DNA of 64,000 bases from Clostridiaceae bacterium BRH_c20a (lineage in GTDB: Bacteria > Bacillota > Peptococcia > Peptococcales > BICA1-8), in NCBI GenBank assembly GCA_000961765.1, contig LADT01000016.1, positions 138,210 through 202,209 of the forward strand. The letters run 5' to 3'. Under the pieces are notes generated by a model, which was not told the DNA's origin, did not search any database, and saw only the letters and a list, made by a program, of their open reading frames with translations. Position 1 is the first letter of the stretch; each line of letters begins with the position of its first letter. Positions 1-9,265 of this stretch are shown here, piece after piece. The position numbers were made by a program, and so were the translations under genes.

Positions 1-1
1 T

Positions 2-649
2 ATGACACCACGGCATGATCCTAGAGATGTGTTGATTTCTAAAAACAACTATACCTTTAAAGAACTCCCGCAAGGGGCTAAAGTGGGCACTAGCAGTTTG
101 CGCAGAAAAGCTCAGCTGCTTAATGTTCGTCCTGACCTTGTGATACTTGATTTAAGAGGTAACATTAATACCCGCTTGGAAAAGATGAATAGTAATACCT
201 ATGATGCCATAATTTTGGCGGCAGCAGGTGTAGAACGGTTAGGATGGCAGGATAAAATAGCCGATAAGCTAGATTATGAAATATGCCTGCCTGCGGTTGG
301 ACAGGGTTCTATAGGGATAGAAATTCGTTCTAATGATGAAGAAGTCTATACTATAGTCCAAACAGCTAATGATAAAATTACAGAGCTTTCGATAATTGCA
401 GAAAGGGCTCTTTTAAAATCCCTAGAAGGTGGCTGTCAAATTCCTATCGGTGCTTTTGGGGAAATAACAAATAATCAGTTAAAGCTTACTGCTATTGTCG
501 GAAGTATAGACGGAAAAGTAGTTATTCGTGATAGTTTTTCCGATGAATGTGATAATGCAGAAAAAATTGGTGTCCATCTGGCTAATCTATTAAAAGAAAA
601 AGGCGCCAATACCATATTAAATGAAATAAGGCAGGAGATTAACTTATGA
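2..649 (+). CDS. hemC: Porphobilinogen deaminase (hydroxymethylbilane synthase), C-terminal part; the 5' end lies outside the window
   Basis: The translation carries 'GTSSLRRKAQL', 'LRGNINTRLEKM' and 'GGCQIPIG', typical of HemC. It sits first in a hem operon. Confidence 0.9.
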   Translation: MTPRHDPRDVLISKNNYTFKELPQGAKVGTSSLRRKAQLLNVRPDLVILDLRGNINTRLEKMNSNTYDAIILAAAGVERLGWQDKIADKLDYEICLPAVGQGSIGIEIRSNDEEVYTIVQTANDKITELSIIAERALLKSLEGGCQIPIGAFGEITNNQLKLTAIVGSIDGKVVIRDSFSDECDNAEKIGVHLANLLKEKGANTILNEIRQEINL

Positions 650-2166
650 AAACAGGAAAAGTATTTCTAATCGGAGCAGGTCCTGGTGATGTTAAATTAA
701 TTACTCTTAAAGGGTTAGAATGTATAAAAAAAGCGGATGTAATTGTTTATGATAGATTAGCCAACCCGCGGCTTTTAGCCCATAAAATGCCAAAAGCTCA
801 ATTAATCTATGTAGGGAAATCCCCAGATAGACATACATTAACCCAGGATGAAATAAATAAGGTTATAGTTAAAGAAGCCCTAGAGGGTAAAATAGTTGCT
901 AGGCTAAAGGGTGGTGACCCTTTTGTTTTTGGAAGAGGTGGGGAGGAAGCTGAGGTTTTACTAGAGTCTGGAATTCCTTTCGAAATTATCCCGGGAATTA
1001 CTTCTGCCATTTCGGTACCAGCTTATGCCGGTATTCCAGTAACCCACAGGGATTTCACCTCGACTTTAACAATTATTACCGGAAATGAAGACCCTACCAA
1101 AGAAGATACAAACATAAATTGGGACAAACTGGGGCAAGACCCTGGTACCTTAATTTTTTTGATGGGAGTAGGGAATTTACCAAAAATTGTAGAACAACTA
1201 GTAAAGAATGGTAAAACCAAAAATACTCCTGTGGCACTAATTAGGTGGGGAACCCGACCTGAACAACAGGTAGTGACAGGAACCCTAAATAATATTGTTG
1301 AAGAAGTAACTAGAGCTGGTCTAGAATCACCCGCTATTATTATAGTAGGGGATGTAGTTAAATTAAGAAATAAGTTAAAATGGTTTGAAAATAAGCCTTT
1401 CTTTGGAAAAAGAATCTTGGTTACCCGTTCTAGGGAACAAGCCTCAGACCTTTCTGAAAAAATAGAAGATTTAGGTGGGGAGGCTTGGGAATATCCTACC
1501 ATAGTAATTGAAGAACCTTTAGATTTTGCTCCTTTAGATCGCGCAATTTCAAATGCCACTGAATATGACTGGATTATATTTACCAGTGTCAATGGTGTTA
1601 AAGCATTTTTTAATCGAATGGCAAAGTTGAAAATTGATATCAGAAAATTGGGTAATGTTAGATTTTGTGCAATTGGCCCTAAAACTAAAGAAGCTATAGA
1701 AGAAAAGGGACTTTTAGTAGAATATGTTCCTGAGGTTTTTAGGGCAGAAGCTATTGTAGATGGTTTAAAAAATACACTGCAATCGGGTCAAAAGATTCTT
1801 TTACCCCGTGCTGACCTAGCAAGGCCTGTACTTCTAGATAGTTTGCAGGAGTTAAATTTACAAGTTGATGAAGCAATAGCCTATAGGACCGTTAATAATA
1901 CTGAGGACAGTAAAGAGCTGTTAGAAAAAATTATAAATAAAGAAATAAATGTAATTACATTTACCAGTTCCTCGACTGTAAAAAATTTTATTGAGCTCTT
2001 AGAAGGCAATAACGCCGAAGAACTATTAAAAGGAATTACTGTTGCTTGTATAGGACCTATTACTGCGGAAACTGCCCAGGAAATGGGATTAAAAGTTAAT
2101 ATAACAGCGGAAAAATATACAATAGATGGTTTAATTTCTGCTCTTCTCAATTATTTTAAGAATTAG
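646..2166 (+). CDS. cobA-hemD: Fusion of uroporphyrinogen-III C-methyltransferase and uroporphyrinogen-III synthase
   Basis: The N-terminal half ('VFLIGAGPGDVKLITLKG', 'GGDPFVFGRGGEE') looks like a tetrapyrrole methylase. The C-terminal ~250 aa look like HemD. The start overlaps the hemC stop (ATGA). Confidence 0.88.
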   Translation: MKTGKVFLIGAGPGDVKLITLKGLECIKKADVIVYDRLANPRLLAHKMPKAQLIYVGKSPDRHTLTQDEINKVIVKEALEGKIVARLKGGDPFVFGRGGEEAEVLLESGIPFEIIPGITSAISVPAYAGIPVTHRDFTSTLTIITGNEDPTKEDTNINWDKLGQDPGTLIFLMGVGNLPKIVEQLVKNGKTKNTPVALIRWGTRPEQQVVTGTLNNIVEEVTRAGLESPAIIIVGDVVKLRNKLKWFENKPFFGKRILVTRSREQASDLSEKIEDLGGEAWEYPTIVIEEPLDFAPLDRAISNATEYDWIIFTSVNGVKAFFNRMAKLKIDIRKLGNVRFCAIGPKTKEAIEEKGLLVEYVPEVFRAEAIVDGLKNTLQSGQKILLPRADLARPVLLDSLQELNLQVDEAIAYRTVNNTEDSKELLEKIINKEINVITFTSSSTVKNFIELLEGNNAEELLKGITVACIGPITAETAQEMGLKVNITAEKYTIDGLISALLNYFKN

Positions 2167-2182
2167 GGGAGGATTGGTCTTT

Positions 2183-3163
2183 ATGGGATTTCCCATTACA
2201 CGGATGCGGCGTTTAAGAAAATCACCTGTGATTAGAGATGCCCTTAGTGAGGTTAATGTTTCATTAAATGATTTAATTTACCCCATGTTTGTAATAGAAG
2301 GCAAAAATATCCGAAATCCTGTCATGTCCATGCCAGGGGTTTATCAGTGTTCCCCGGATATCTTACTAACTGAAATAGAAAAGGCTATTAAAATAGGTAT
2401 TAAGGCTATTATCCTATTTGGTATTCCTGAGATAAAAGATGCTGTGGGAAGCAGTGCTTATGCCCAAGATGGCATTATTCAGCAAACTATTTTAAAAATT
2501 AAAAAAGCCTTTCCAGAATTATTACTTATAACAGATGTGTGTTTATGTGAATATACTGACCACGGTCACTGCGGATTAATAAAAGAAAATAAGATAGTTA
2601 ATGACTCTACTTTAGAGCTACTTGCTAAAACTGCTTTAACCCATGCCCAGGCCGGGGCTGATATTGTAGCTCCCTCTGATATGATGGATGGTCGGGTAGC
2701 TGCAATTAGAAAAGTGCTGGACGGCTCAGGTTTCGATGAGACACTTATTATGGCGTATTCTGTTAAATATGCATCAGCTTTCTATGGACCCTTTAGAGAT
2801 GCCGCTGGTTCAGCTCCTCAATTTGGGGATAGAGGAACTTATCAAATGGACCCTAGATCCAGCATTAAACAGGCAGTCCAAGAAGCAGCATTAGATATAG
2901 AAGAGGGAGCAGATATTGTCATAGTAAAACCTGCCTTAGCTTACATGGATATCATAAAAACCATTAGTAATACTTTTAATTGTCCGATTACCAGCTATAA
3001 TGTCAGCGGTGAATATGCAATGGTTAAGGCAGCGGCAGAAAAAGGATGGATTGATGAAAAAAGGGTTGTTTTAGAATTGATGACAGGATTTAAAAGGGCA
3101 GGGAGTAATCTAATAATAACTTATCATGCCTTAGATATAGCCGCTTGGCTTCAGGAGGTTTAA
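2183..3163 (+). CDS. hemB: Delta-aminolevulinic acid dehydratase (porphobilinogen synthase)
   Basis: Cys-rich metal site 'CLCEYTDHGHCG' and 'IVKPALAYMDI'. I prefer the ATG at 2183 because it follows the GGGGAGG RBS; the ORF track starts at 2174. Confidence 0.92.
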   Translation: MGFPITRMRRLRKSPVIRDALSEVNVSLNDLIYPMFVIEGKNIRNPVMSMPGVYQCSPDILLTEIEKAIKIGIKAIILFGIPEIKDAVGSSAYAQDGIIQQTILKIKKAFPELLLITDVCLCEYTDHGHCGLIKENKIVNDSTLELLAKTALTHAQAGADIVAPSDMMDGRVAAIRKVLDGSGFDETLIMAYSVKYASAFYGPFRDAAGSAPQFGDRGTYQMDPRSSIKQAVQEAALDIEEGADIVIVKPALAYMDIIKTISNTFNCPITSYNVSGEYAMVKAAAEKGWIDEKRVVLELMTGFKRAGSNLIITYHALDIAAWLQEV

Positions 3164-3166
3164 TTG

Positions 3167-4162
3167 ATGATTATTTCATGGAATACAACCAACCAATGCA
3201 ACATGTATTGTAAGCACTGCTACCGTGATGCCGGGGTAAAAGCAAGTGAAGAATTATCGACAGAAGAGGGTAAAAACTTAATTACAGAAATTAAAAAAGC
3301 CGGCTTCAAAATTATGATTTTTAGTGGCGGTGAACCCCTAATGCGACCAGATATCTTTGAGCTGGTTGAGCATGCTGGTAAATTAGGTTTACGTCCGGTA
3401 TTTGGTACAAATGGTACTCTAATTACCAGGGATGTTGCTAGAAAACTCAAAGAACTAGGTGTTATGGGGATGGGAATTAGCTTAGACAGCTTAGATCCAA
3501 CCAAACATAATGAGCTTAGGTGCTACCCAGGTGGCTTTGAACAAGCTGTGCAGGGAATGGAGAATTGTCTGCACGAGAAATTGCCTTTTCAGATTCATAC
3601 AACGGTCATGGGCTGGAATAAAGATGAGATTTTAGATATTACTGATTTTGCCGTAGAAAAAGGTGCTGTAGCCCACCATTTCTTTTTCCTCGTTCCCACA
3701 GGCAGAGGTGCTAATATTGAAACAGAATCATTAAGAGCCAAGGAGTATGAGGATACATTAACAAAAATAATGGAAAAACAGAAACACGTAGCTATTGAGC
3801 TTAAACCTACATGTGCACCACAATTTATACGGATTGCCAAAGAGATGGGAATGGAATTAAGGTTTCAAAGAGGTTGTCTAGCGGGAACATCCTATTGTAT
3901 CATTAGTCCAACTGGAAATGTTCAGCCCTGTGCATATTTAGATTTACCTATAGGTAATGTAAAGGAGACACCTTTTAGTCAACTTTGGGCGGAAAGTGAA
4001 GTATTTAAAAACCTACGGACCTTAGATTATAAGGGTGGATGTGGAACATGCAAATATAAACTTGCCTGTAGTGGCTGCAGAGCCCGGGCAGCCTTTTATA
4101 ATGAAGGTGATTACATGGCTGAAGAGCCATGGTGTTTGTATCATGGACGACAAGGATTTTAA
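3167..4162 (+). CDS. Radical SAM/SPASM protein, AhbC/AhbD/NirJ-like (alternative haem / haem d1-type tetrapyrrole maturation)
   Basis: CxxxCxxC cluster 'CNMYCKHCY' near the N-terminus. C-terminal auxiliary Cys cluster 'GGCGTCKYKLACSGCRARA'. Embedded between hemB and hemL. Confidence 0.65.
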   Translation: MIISWNTTNQCNMYCKHCYRDAGVKASEELSTEEGKNLITEIKKAGFKIMIFSGGEPLMRPDIFELVEHAGKLGLRPVFGTNGTLITRDVARKLKELGVMGMGISLDSLDPTKHNELRCYPGGFEQAVQGMENCLHEKLPFQIHTTVMGWNKDEILDITDFAVEKGAVAHHFFFLVPTGRGANIETESLRAKEYEDTLTKIMEKQKHVAIELKPTCAPQFIRIAKEMGMELRFQRGCLAGTSYCIISPTGNVQPCAYLDLPIGNVKETPFSQLWAESEVFKNLRTLDYKGGCGTCKYKLACSGCRARAAFYNEGDYMAEEPWCLYHGRQGF

Positions 4163-4179
4163 TAAAAGGAGGGGATTAA

Positions 4180-5481
4180 GTGCATAAAGGTTTTATTAAA
4201 TCCCAGAATCTTTATCAGGAGGCAATAAAATTTATTCCAGGAGGAGTTAACAGTCCTGTTAGGGCCTTCAAATCAGTTGGTGAACATCCGGTCTTTATTG
4301 ATTATGGTTATGGCTCTAGACTGGTAGATGTAGACGGAAATGAATATATAGATTATGTTGGTTCCTGGGGTCCATTGATTCTTGGACACAGACATCCTAA
4401 AGTTATTGATGCTCTACAGAACTGCTTGAATATAGGAACAAGTTTCGGAGCTCCAACGGAAATTGAAACGGAAATGGCTAAATTTATTATTAATGCAGTA
4501 CCCTCAGTTGAAATGGTAAGAATGGTTAACTCTGGTACAGAGGCGACGATGAGTGCTTTAAGATTAGCTAGAGCTTATACCAAAAGAGACAAAATTCTTA
4601 AATTTGAAGGCTGTTATCATGGTCATGCTGATCCTCTTTTGATAAAAGCTGGTTCCGGAGCACTTACATTAGGTGTCCCATCAAGCCCGGGTGTACCCCT
4701 AAGTATTGCCGGCGGAACCCTTACGGCAAGTTATAATGATTTAGAACAGGTGAAAGCCATTTTCAGAGAAAATGGAGAGCAGATTGCCGCGGTAATCCTT
4801 GAACCTGTACCTGGCAATATGGGTCTTATTCTCCCTGAAGCAGGATTTTTAGAAGGATTACATAGTCTTACCCAGGAATACGGTGCCTTATTGATATTTG
4901 ATGAAGTAATGAGCGGTTTTCGGTTAGCTTTAGGTGGTGCTCAAGCTTTATATAATATTATGCCGGATTTAACCTGTTTCGGAAAAATAATCGGTGGCGG
5001 TTTACCTGTTGGAGCATATGGCGGACGCAAAGAAATAATGGAACTTATTGCTCCACAAGGCCCTGTATATCAAGCAGGAACCCTCTCCGGAAACCCCTTA
5101 GCCATGACTGCAGGTTTATCCACTTTACGAGAATTACAAGATCCTAAAACATACGAAAAGCTGGATTACCTCGGTACCAAATTGGCAGAGGGGCTAAAAA
5201 AAGCAGCAAACAATTCAGGGGTAGAAATATCTGTTAACAATAGAGGCTCCATGGCTTCGTGTTTCTTTACTACAGAAAAAGTAAGGGATTATAGATCAGC
5301 CACTTCTTGTAACTTAAATAAATTTAAGGCATTTTTCCAGTCAATGCTTTCTCAGGGAATATATCTTGCCCCTTCTCAGTTTGAGGCATCATTTATCTCA
5401 TTGGCTCATACGGAAGAAGATATCGACGAAACTATTGAGGCTAGTGAAATAGCTTTTAGTACAACTAAAAATATTGACTGA
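4180..5481 (+). CDS. hemL: Glutamate-1-semialdehyde 2,1-aminomutase
   Basis: 433 aa class-III aminotransferase with '[10 protein letters not shown]', 'FDEVMSGFR' and '[15 protein letters not shown]'. GTG start 7 nt after an AGGAGG. Confidence 0.93.
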   Translation: MHKGFIKSQNLYQEAIKFIPGGVNSPVRAFKSVGEHPVFIDYGYGSRLVDVDGNEYIDYVGSWGPLILGHRHPKVIDALQNCLNIGTSFGAPTEIETEMAKFIINAVPSVEMVRMVNSGTEATMSALRLARAYTKRDKILKFEGCYHGHADPLLIKAGSGALTLGVPSSPGVPLSIAGGTLTASYNDLEQVKAIFRENGEQIAAVILEPVPGNMGLILPEAGFLEGLHSLTQEYGALLIFDEVMSGFRLALGGAQALYNIMPDLTCFGKIIGGGLPVGAYGGRKEIMELIAPQGPVYQAGTLSGNPLAMTAGLSTLRELQDPKTYEKLDYLGTKLAEGLKKAANNSGVEISVNNRGSMASCFFTTEKVRDYRSATSCNLNKFKAFFQSMLSQGIYLAPSQFEASFISLAHTEEDIDETIEASEIAFSTTKNID

Positions 5482-5510
5482 GCACTTAGTATTTACTAAG
5501 TGCTTTTTTT
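5481..5510 (+). terminator. Rho-independent terminator after hemL
   Basis: 10-bp perfect stem agcacttagt/actaagtgct with a 4-nt loop, followed by a T7 run. Confidence 0.85.
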
Positions 5511-5585
5511 GTTTTCTTTTTAAAGGGTAATTGAAATAATTATAGAAATAAATATATTGGCAATTTAAGAAAAGGGGAGAAGAGT

Positions 5586-6353
5586 TTGGATAAATATGAT
5601 ATTTTCTTAAATGACTTGAATAAGCATTTAGATTTAGATTTGCATGGGTATAAAAGACCCCAAATGGAGCGCAGGATAAATAGTTTAATGCGAACATTAC
5701 AGATTGATACCTATGATAGCTTTATTAAGAAAATGAGGGAAGAACAATTAATTTTTAATCGTTTTCTTGACCATCTTACGATAAATGTTTCGGAATTTTT
5801 CAGAAATCAATCTCAATGGGATATATTAAAGGAAAAAATATTACCAGTTCTTTTTTTAAATAATAAAAATATTAAAATATGGAGTGCCGGTTGTTCAACT
5901 GGAGAAGAGCCATATACTTTAGCTATGATTTTGGAACAATATTACTCAGGTAATTATTCAATTTTGGCAACTGATTTTGATATAAGAGTATTGAATAAAG
6001 GAATTGAAGGAATATATTCTCCTAAAGATATAAGTGGCATTCCTGAGGAATATTTAAAAAAGTATACCCTAAATCAGAATGGAAGCTTTCGGGTAATAGA
6101 CAACATAAAGAGAGCTATTACTTTTAAGAAACACAATTTATTAAAAGACTCTTTTGATACTAATTTTGATTTAATTTTATGTAGAAATGTAGTAATATAT
6201 TTCACCGAAGAAACAAAAAATCAATTATACCGTAAATTTTTTAATTCTCTCCGTACTAAAGGTGTTTTATTTACCGGGAGTACAGAACAAATAATTCAGG
6301 CTAGAGAAATAGGATTTAATTCCATGGCTATTTTCTTTTATCAAAAGCCTTAA
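5586..6353 (+). CDS. cheR: Chemotaxis protein methyltransferase CheR (orphan; no other che genes nearby)
   Basis: 'SEFFRN', the SAM-binding 'IWSAGCSTGEEPYTLAM', and 'ILCRNVVIYF'. TTG start. Confidence 0.85.
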   Translation: MDKYDIFLNDLNKHLDLDLHGYKRPQMERRINSLMRTLQIDTYDSFIKKMREEQLIFNRFLDHLTINVSEFFRNQSQWDILKEKILPVLFLNNKNIKIWSAGCSTGEEPYTLAMILEQYYSGNYSILATDFDIRVLNKGIEGIYSPKDISGIPEEYLKKYTLNQNGSFRVIDNIKRAITFKKHNLLKDSFDTNFDLILCRNVVIYFTEETKNQLYRKFFNSLRTKGVLFTGSTEQIIQAREIGFNSMAIFFYQKP

Positions 6354-6363
6354 GGAGGATCTC

Positions 6364-6873
6364 ATGCCAATAATAGAAGTTAATAATTTTTTACCAGTTA
6401 TTCATAGTGACTCATTTATTGCAAGTAATGCATATTTGATAGGTGAGGTAACGATAAATCAGGGTGCAAGTATTTGGTTTAATACCGTCTTAAGAGGAGA
6501 TTTAGAAAAGATAATTATTGGTGAAAATAGTAATATTCAAGATGGTACAATAATACATTCTGATGCAGGTCTTCCTACAATAGTTGGTAATTATGTTACA
6601 GTTGGCCACGGAGCGATTCTGCATGCTTGTAAAATAAATGATAAGGCACTTATTGGAATGGGGGCAATTATTCTAGACGGTGCAGAGATTGGGGAAGGAG
6701 CAATAGTTGCTGCCGGTGCTGTTGTCACAGCTGGTACCAAGGTTCCGCCAAACACTCTTGTTGCAGGGACTCCTGCCAAAGCTGTTAAGGTATTGGACCC
6801 TAAGGCCCAGGAGGAAAAAGTTAAACATGCCTTAAGTTATAAAAGCCTATGGGAAGAGAAATATAAAAAATAA
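6364..6873 (+). CDS. Gamma-class carbonic anhydrase family / left-handed beta-helix (hexapeptide repeat) protein
   Basis: 'ASIWFNTVLRGD', 'IGENSNIQDGTIIH' and 'VTVGHGAILHAC', with hexapeptide periodicity (YrdA/PaaY-like). Confidence 0.8.
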   Translation: MPIIEVNNFLPVIHSDSFIASNAYLIGEVTINQGASIWFNTVLRGDLEKIIIGENSNIQDGTIIHSDAGLPTIVGNYVTVGHGAILHACKINDKALIGMGAIILDGAEIGEGAIVAAGAVVTAGTKVPPNTLVAGTPAKAVKVLDPKAQEEKVKHALSYKSLWEEKYKK

Positions 6874-7042
6874 TATTAACTATATTTAGCCTTGGAAGCT
6901 GCTTGCTGACCTTCCGGGGTTTTATTTTATATTAAATTTTCCCGATAAATAACAAGGAAAAAGTTGATTAAAGTCGAAACTTTCCTCTATAACAGGTTTA
7001 GGGTCTTATTCCGGGAAAACTATCCTTTAAAGGAGGATTATT

Positions 7043-9202
7043 GTGAAGAAAAATAATAAAAAGGTTTTTGCTTTAGATATAGGAACCAGGTCAATTGTGG
7101 GGTTATTACTTGAAGATAATGGACAAGGCGTACATATTAAAGAAATGGTAAGCAAAGAGCACGTCGATCGGGCAATGCTTGATGGCCAAATTCATAATAT
7201 TCCAAAGGTAAGCACCCTACTAAAAGAAGTAAAAAAAGAATTGGAAAAGAAATCAGGCATTAAGCTAAAAAAAGCAGCAGTAGCTGCTGCCGGCAGATCT
7301 TTAAAGACTATTAAAACAGCATTCTATCTTGATATAAATAACCAGATTCCAATAAAACATGAAGATGTATTGAATTTAGAATTGAAAGCAGCTCAAAACG
7401 CTCAGGCCTTATTGTTAGAGCAGCAAAATAATGAAGAAACTAATGAATACTACTGTGTAGGTTATAGTATAACTAAGTATTTTCTTGATAATAACCATAT
7501 AGGAAACTTAATAGGGCAAAAAGGCAATCAAGCAGGTTTAGAAATTGTAGCTGCTTTTTTACCCAAAGTAGTTGTTGATTCTTTACAGGTAGTTTTAACA
7601 GAAAATGGATTAGAACTTGCAAATATAACCTTAGAACCAATTGCTGCAATTAATGCAATTCTACCCCCAAGCATGCGGAAGCTTAATCTGGCTTTAGTTG
7701 ATATTGGTGCGGGAACCTCCGATATCGCAATTTCATACGATGGTGCTATAACAGGCTATGGTATGGTTCCTATTGCTGGTGATGAGATAACTGAATCTTT
7801 ATGTGAAAAATTCCTATTGGACTTTAATGAGGGTGAATTACTAAAGAGAAAGCTATATTTAAATATGGAAGAAGAACTATCTTTTTCTGATATTTTAGGG
7901 ATAGAGCATTCTTTAAAAGGAATAGACATAGTAAATGATATATCCGATACAATCACCATGCTTGCGGGAAAAATTTCTATGGAAATAATTAGTTTAAATA
8001 ATAATCCCCCGCAAGCAGTGATCTTGATTGGAGGAGGTAGTTTGACACCACTTCTAGTCGACTATTTAGCCGAAGGCCTGGGATTATCTAAACAAAGGGT
8101 AGCTGTTCAAAGAGCGTCTTCTATTAAAGATATAATAGACCTTCCTCAAGAATTTCAAGGGCCGGAAATTATTACACCCATTGGAATTGGCTTGACAGCC
8201 ATGAAACACTTAACTTTAGGTTTTATACCTGTACAGGTAAATAACTATGGTATTAATTTGTTGAACCTAGGTAAAAATACAGTTTTAGATGCATTGCTAG
8301 CGGCGGGAATTGATACGGGTAAAGTATATGGAAAACCTGGATTAGCTATTACAGTTGAGGTAAATGGTAAAATTAAAACCTTTCCAGGTTCTCTTGGGGA
8401 AAAAGCTATTATAAGAGTTAATGGAGTAACAGCTGCGCTAGATACACAATTACAGCCCCGAAGTAAGATAGAATATATAAAGGCTCAAGATGGTAGCCCT
8501 GGAAAGGGTTGGGCAAGGGATTTATTGGGACAGTCTAATTGGATTGAGTTTGATGGCGAAAAAAAGTATTTACCCTTCGAGATTATCATAAATGGTAATG
8601 TTCAGTCCCCCGATATAGAAATAAAAGATGGAGATAAAATCTTTATCCGTGAGATTAGTCAAATAGGCGAACTCTTTGAATTATGGGGCATCGAGGAATT
8701 TAAAAAAGAATGCAAGCTCACTTTAATTATAAATGAAATAAAGAAAGAAATTACATTATATCCATTTGAAATAACCAGAAATGGCAAACCATTAAGTCTA
8801 TTTGAAAATGTTGAGCCTCAAGATAAGATTATGGTAGAAAAGAATTGTGAAAGTTATTCGGTTTCAAAAATTATGGATAAATATTTAATAATGCAAAAGG
8901 ATAAGACTGAGTTATCGGTAAAGGTTAATGAACAATTAGTAAGTTTGTCAACTATCAGTTATCAAATTGTTATTAACGGCTTATCTGCCGGTTTAAGTGA
9001 TAAAGTAGCATGCGGTGATGTGCTTGAGATTACCTGTAAATTTAATAAAAATCCTATTTTAGTAGATGTTTTTCCCCAAATTAATTTTTTAAAAAATCCA
9101 CCATTAGGCAAATCAACTTTGGACATAGTTCTAAATGGCCAAGAAGCTGAATATACATCAATCCTCAAAGAAGGAGATAATATAAGTTTAATTTGGAAAT
9201 AA
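7043..9202 (+). CDS. FtsA/PilM/EutJ-like actin-fold ATPase (about aa 1-390) fused to a C-terminal array of ThiS/MoaD-like beta-grasp-looking repeats
   Basis: N-terminal 'FALDIGTRSIVG', 'LALVDIGAGTSDI' and 'ILIGGGS' are actin-like phosphate/adenosine motifs. The C-terminus shows repeated '..NG....(L)..GD.I.I' units. Confidence 0.7.
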   Translation: MKKNNKKVFALDIGTRSIVGLLLEDNGQGVHIKEMVSKEHVDRAMLDGQIHNIPKVSTLLKEVKKELEKKSGIKLKKAAVAAAGRSLKTIKTAFYLDINNQIPIKHEDVLNLELKAAQNAQALLLEQQNNEETNEYYCVGYSITKYFLDNNHIGNLIGQKGNQAGLEIVAAFLPKVVVDSLQVVLTENGLELANITLEPIAAINAILPPSMRKLNLALVDIGAGTSDIAISYDGAITGYGMVPIAGDEITESLCEKFLLDFNEGELLKRKLYLNMEEELSFSDILGIEHSLKGIDIVNDISDTITMLAGKISMEIISLNNNPPQAVILIGGGSLTPLLVDYLAEGLGLSKQRVAVQRASSIKDIIDLPQEFQGPEIITPIGIGLTAMKHLTLGFIPVQVNNYGINLLNLGKNTVLDALLAAGIDTGKVYGKPGLAITVEVNGKIKTFPGSLGEKAIIRVNGVTAALDTQLQPRSKIEYIKAQDGSPGKGWARDLLGQSNWIEFDGEKKYLPFEIIINGNVQSPDIEIKDGDKIFIREISQIGELFELWGIEEFKKECKLTLIINEIKKEITLYPFEITRNGKPLSLFENVEPQDKIMVEKNCESYSVSKIMDKYLIMQKDKTELSVKVNEQLVSLSTISYQIVINGLSAGLSDKVACGDVLEITCKFNKNPILVDVFPQINFLKNPPLGKSTLDIVLNGQEAEYTSILKEGDNISLIWK

Positions 9203-9265
9203 TTAAATGTTTTCATAAATTTTCTATTTAGTTGAAACTTTGACTATAAGCCGGGGGATATAGTT

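Noticed and set aside
807-2150. Antisense track ORFs inside the cobA-hemD gene (807..1010-, 1023..1592-, 1881..2150-). Similar antisense or alternative-frame ORFs lie inside most large genes: 3220..3504-, 9469..9828-, 12656..12922-, 39563..39880-, 55992..56252-, 59818..60198-, 60391..60717-, 63084..63419- and others.
   Set aside because: They lie entirely within ORFs that have strong, motif-supported identities on the other strand or frame. Their translations are low-complexity (Pro/Ser/Gly-rich mirror images) and have no RBS.
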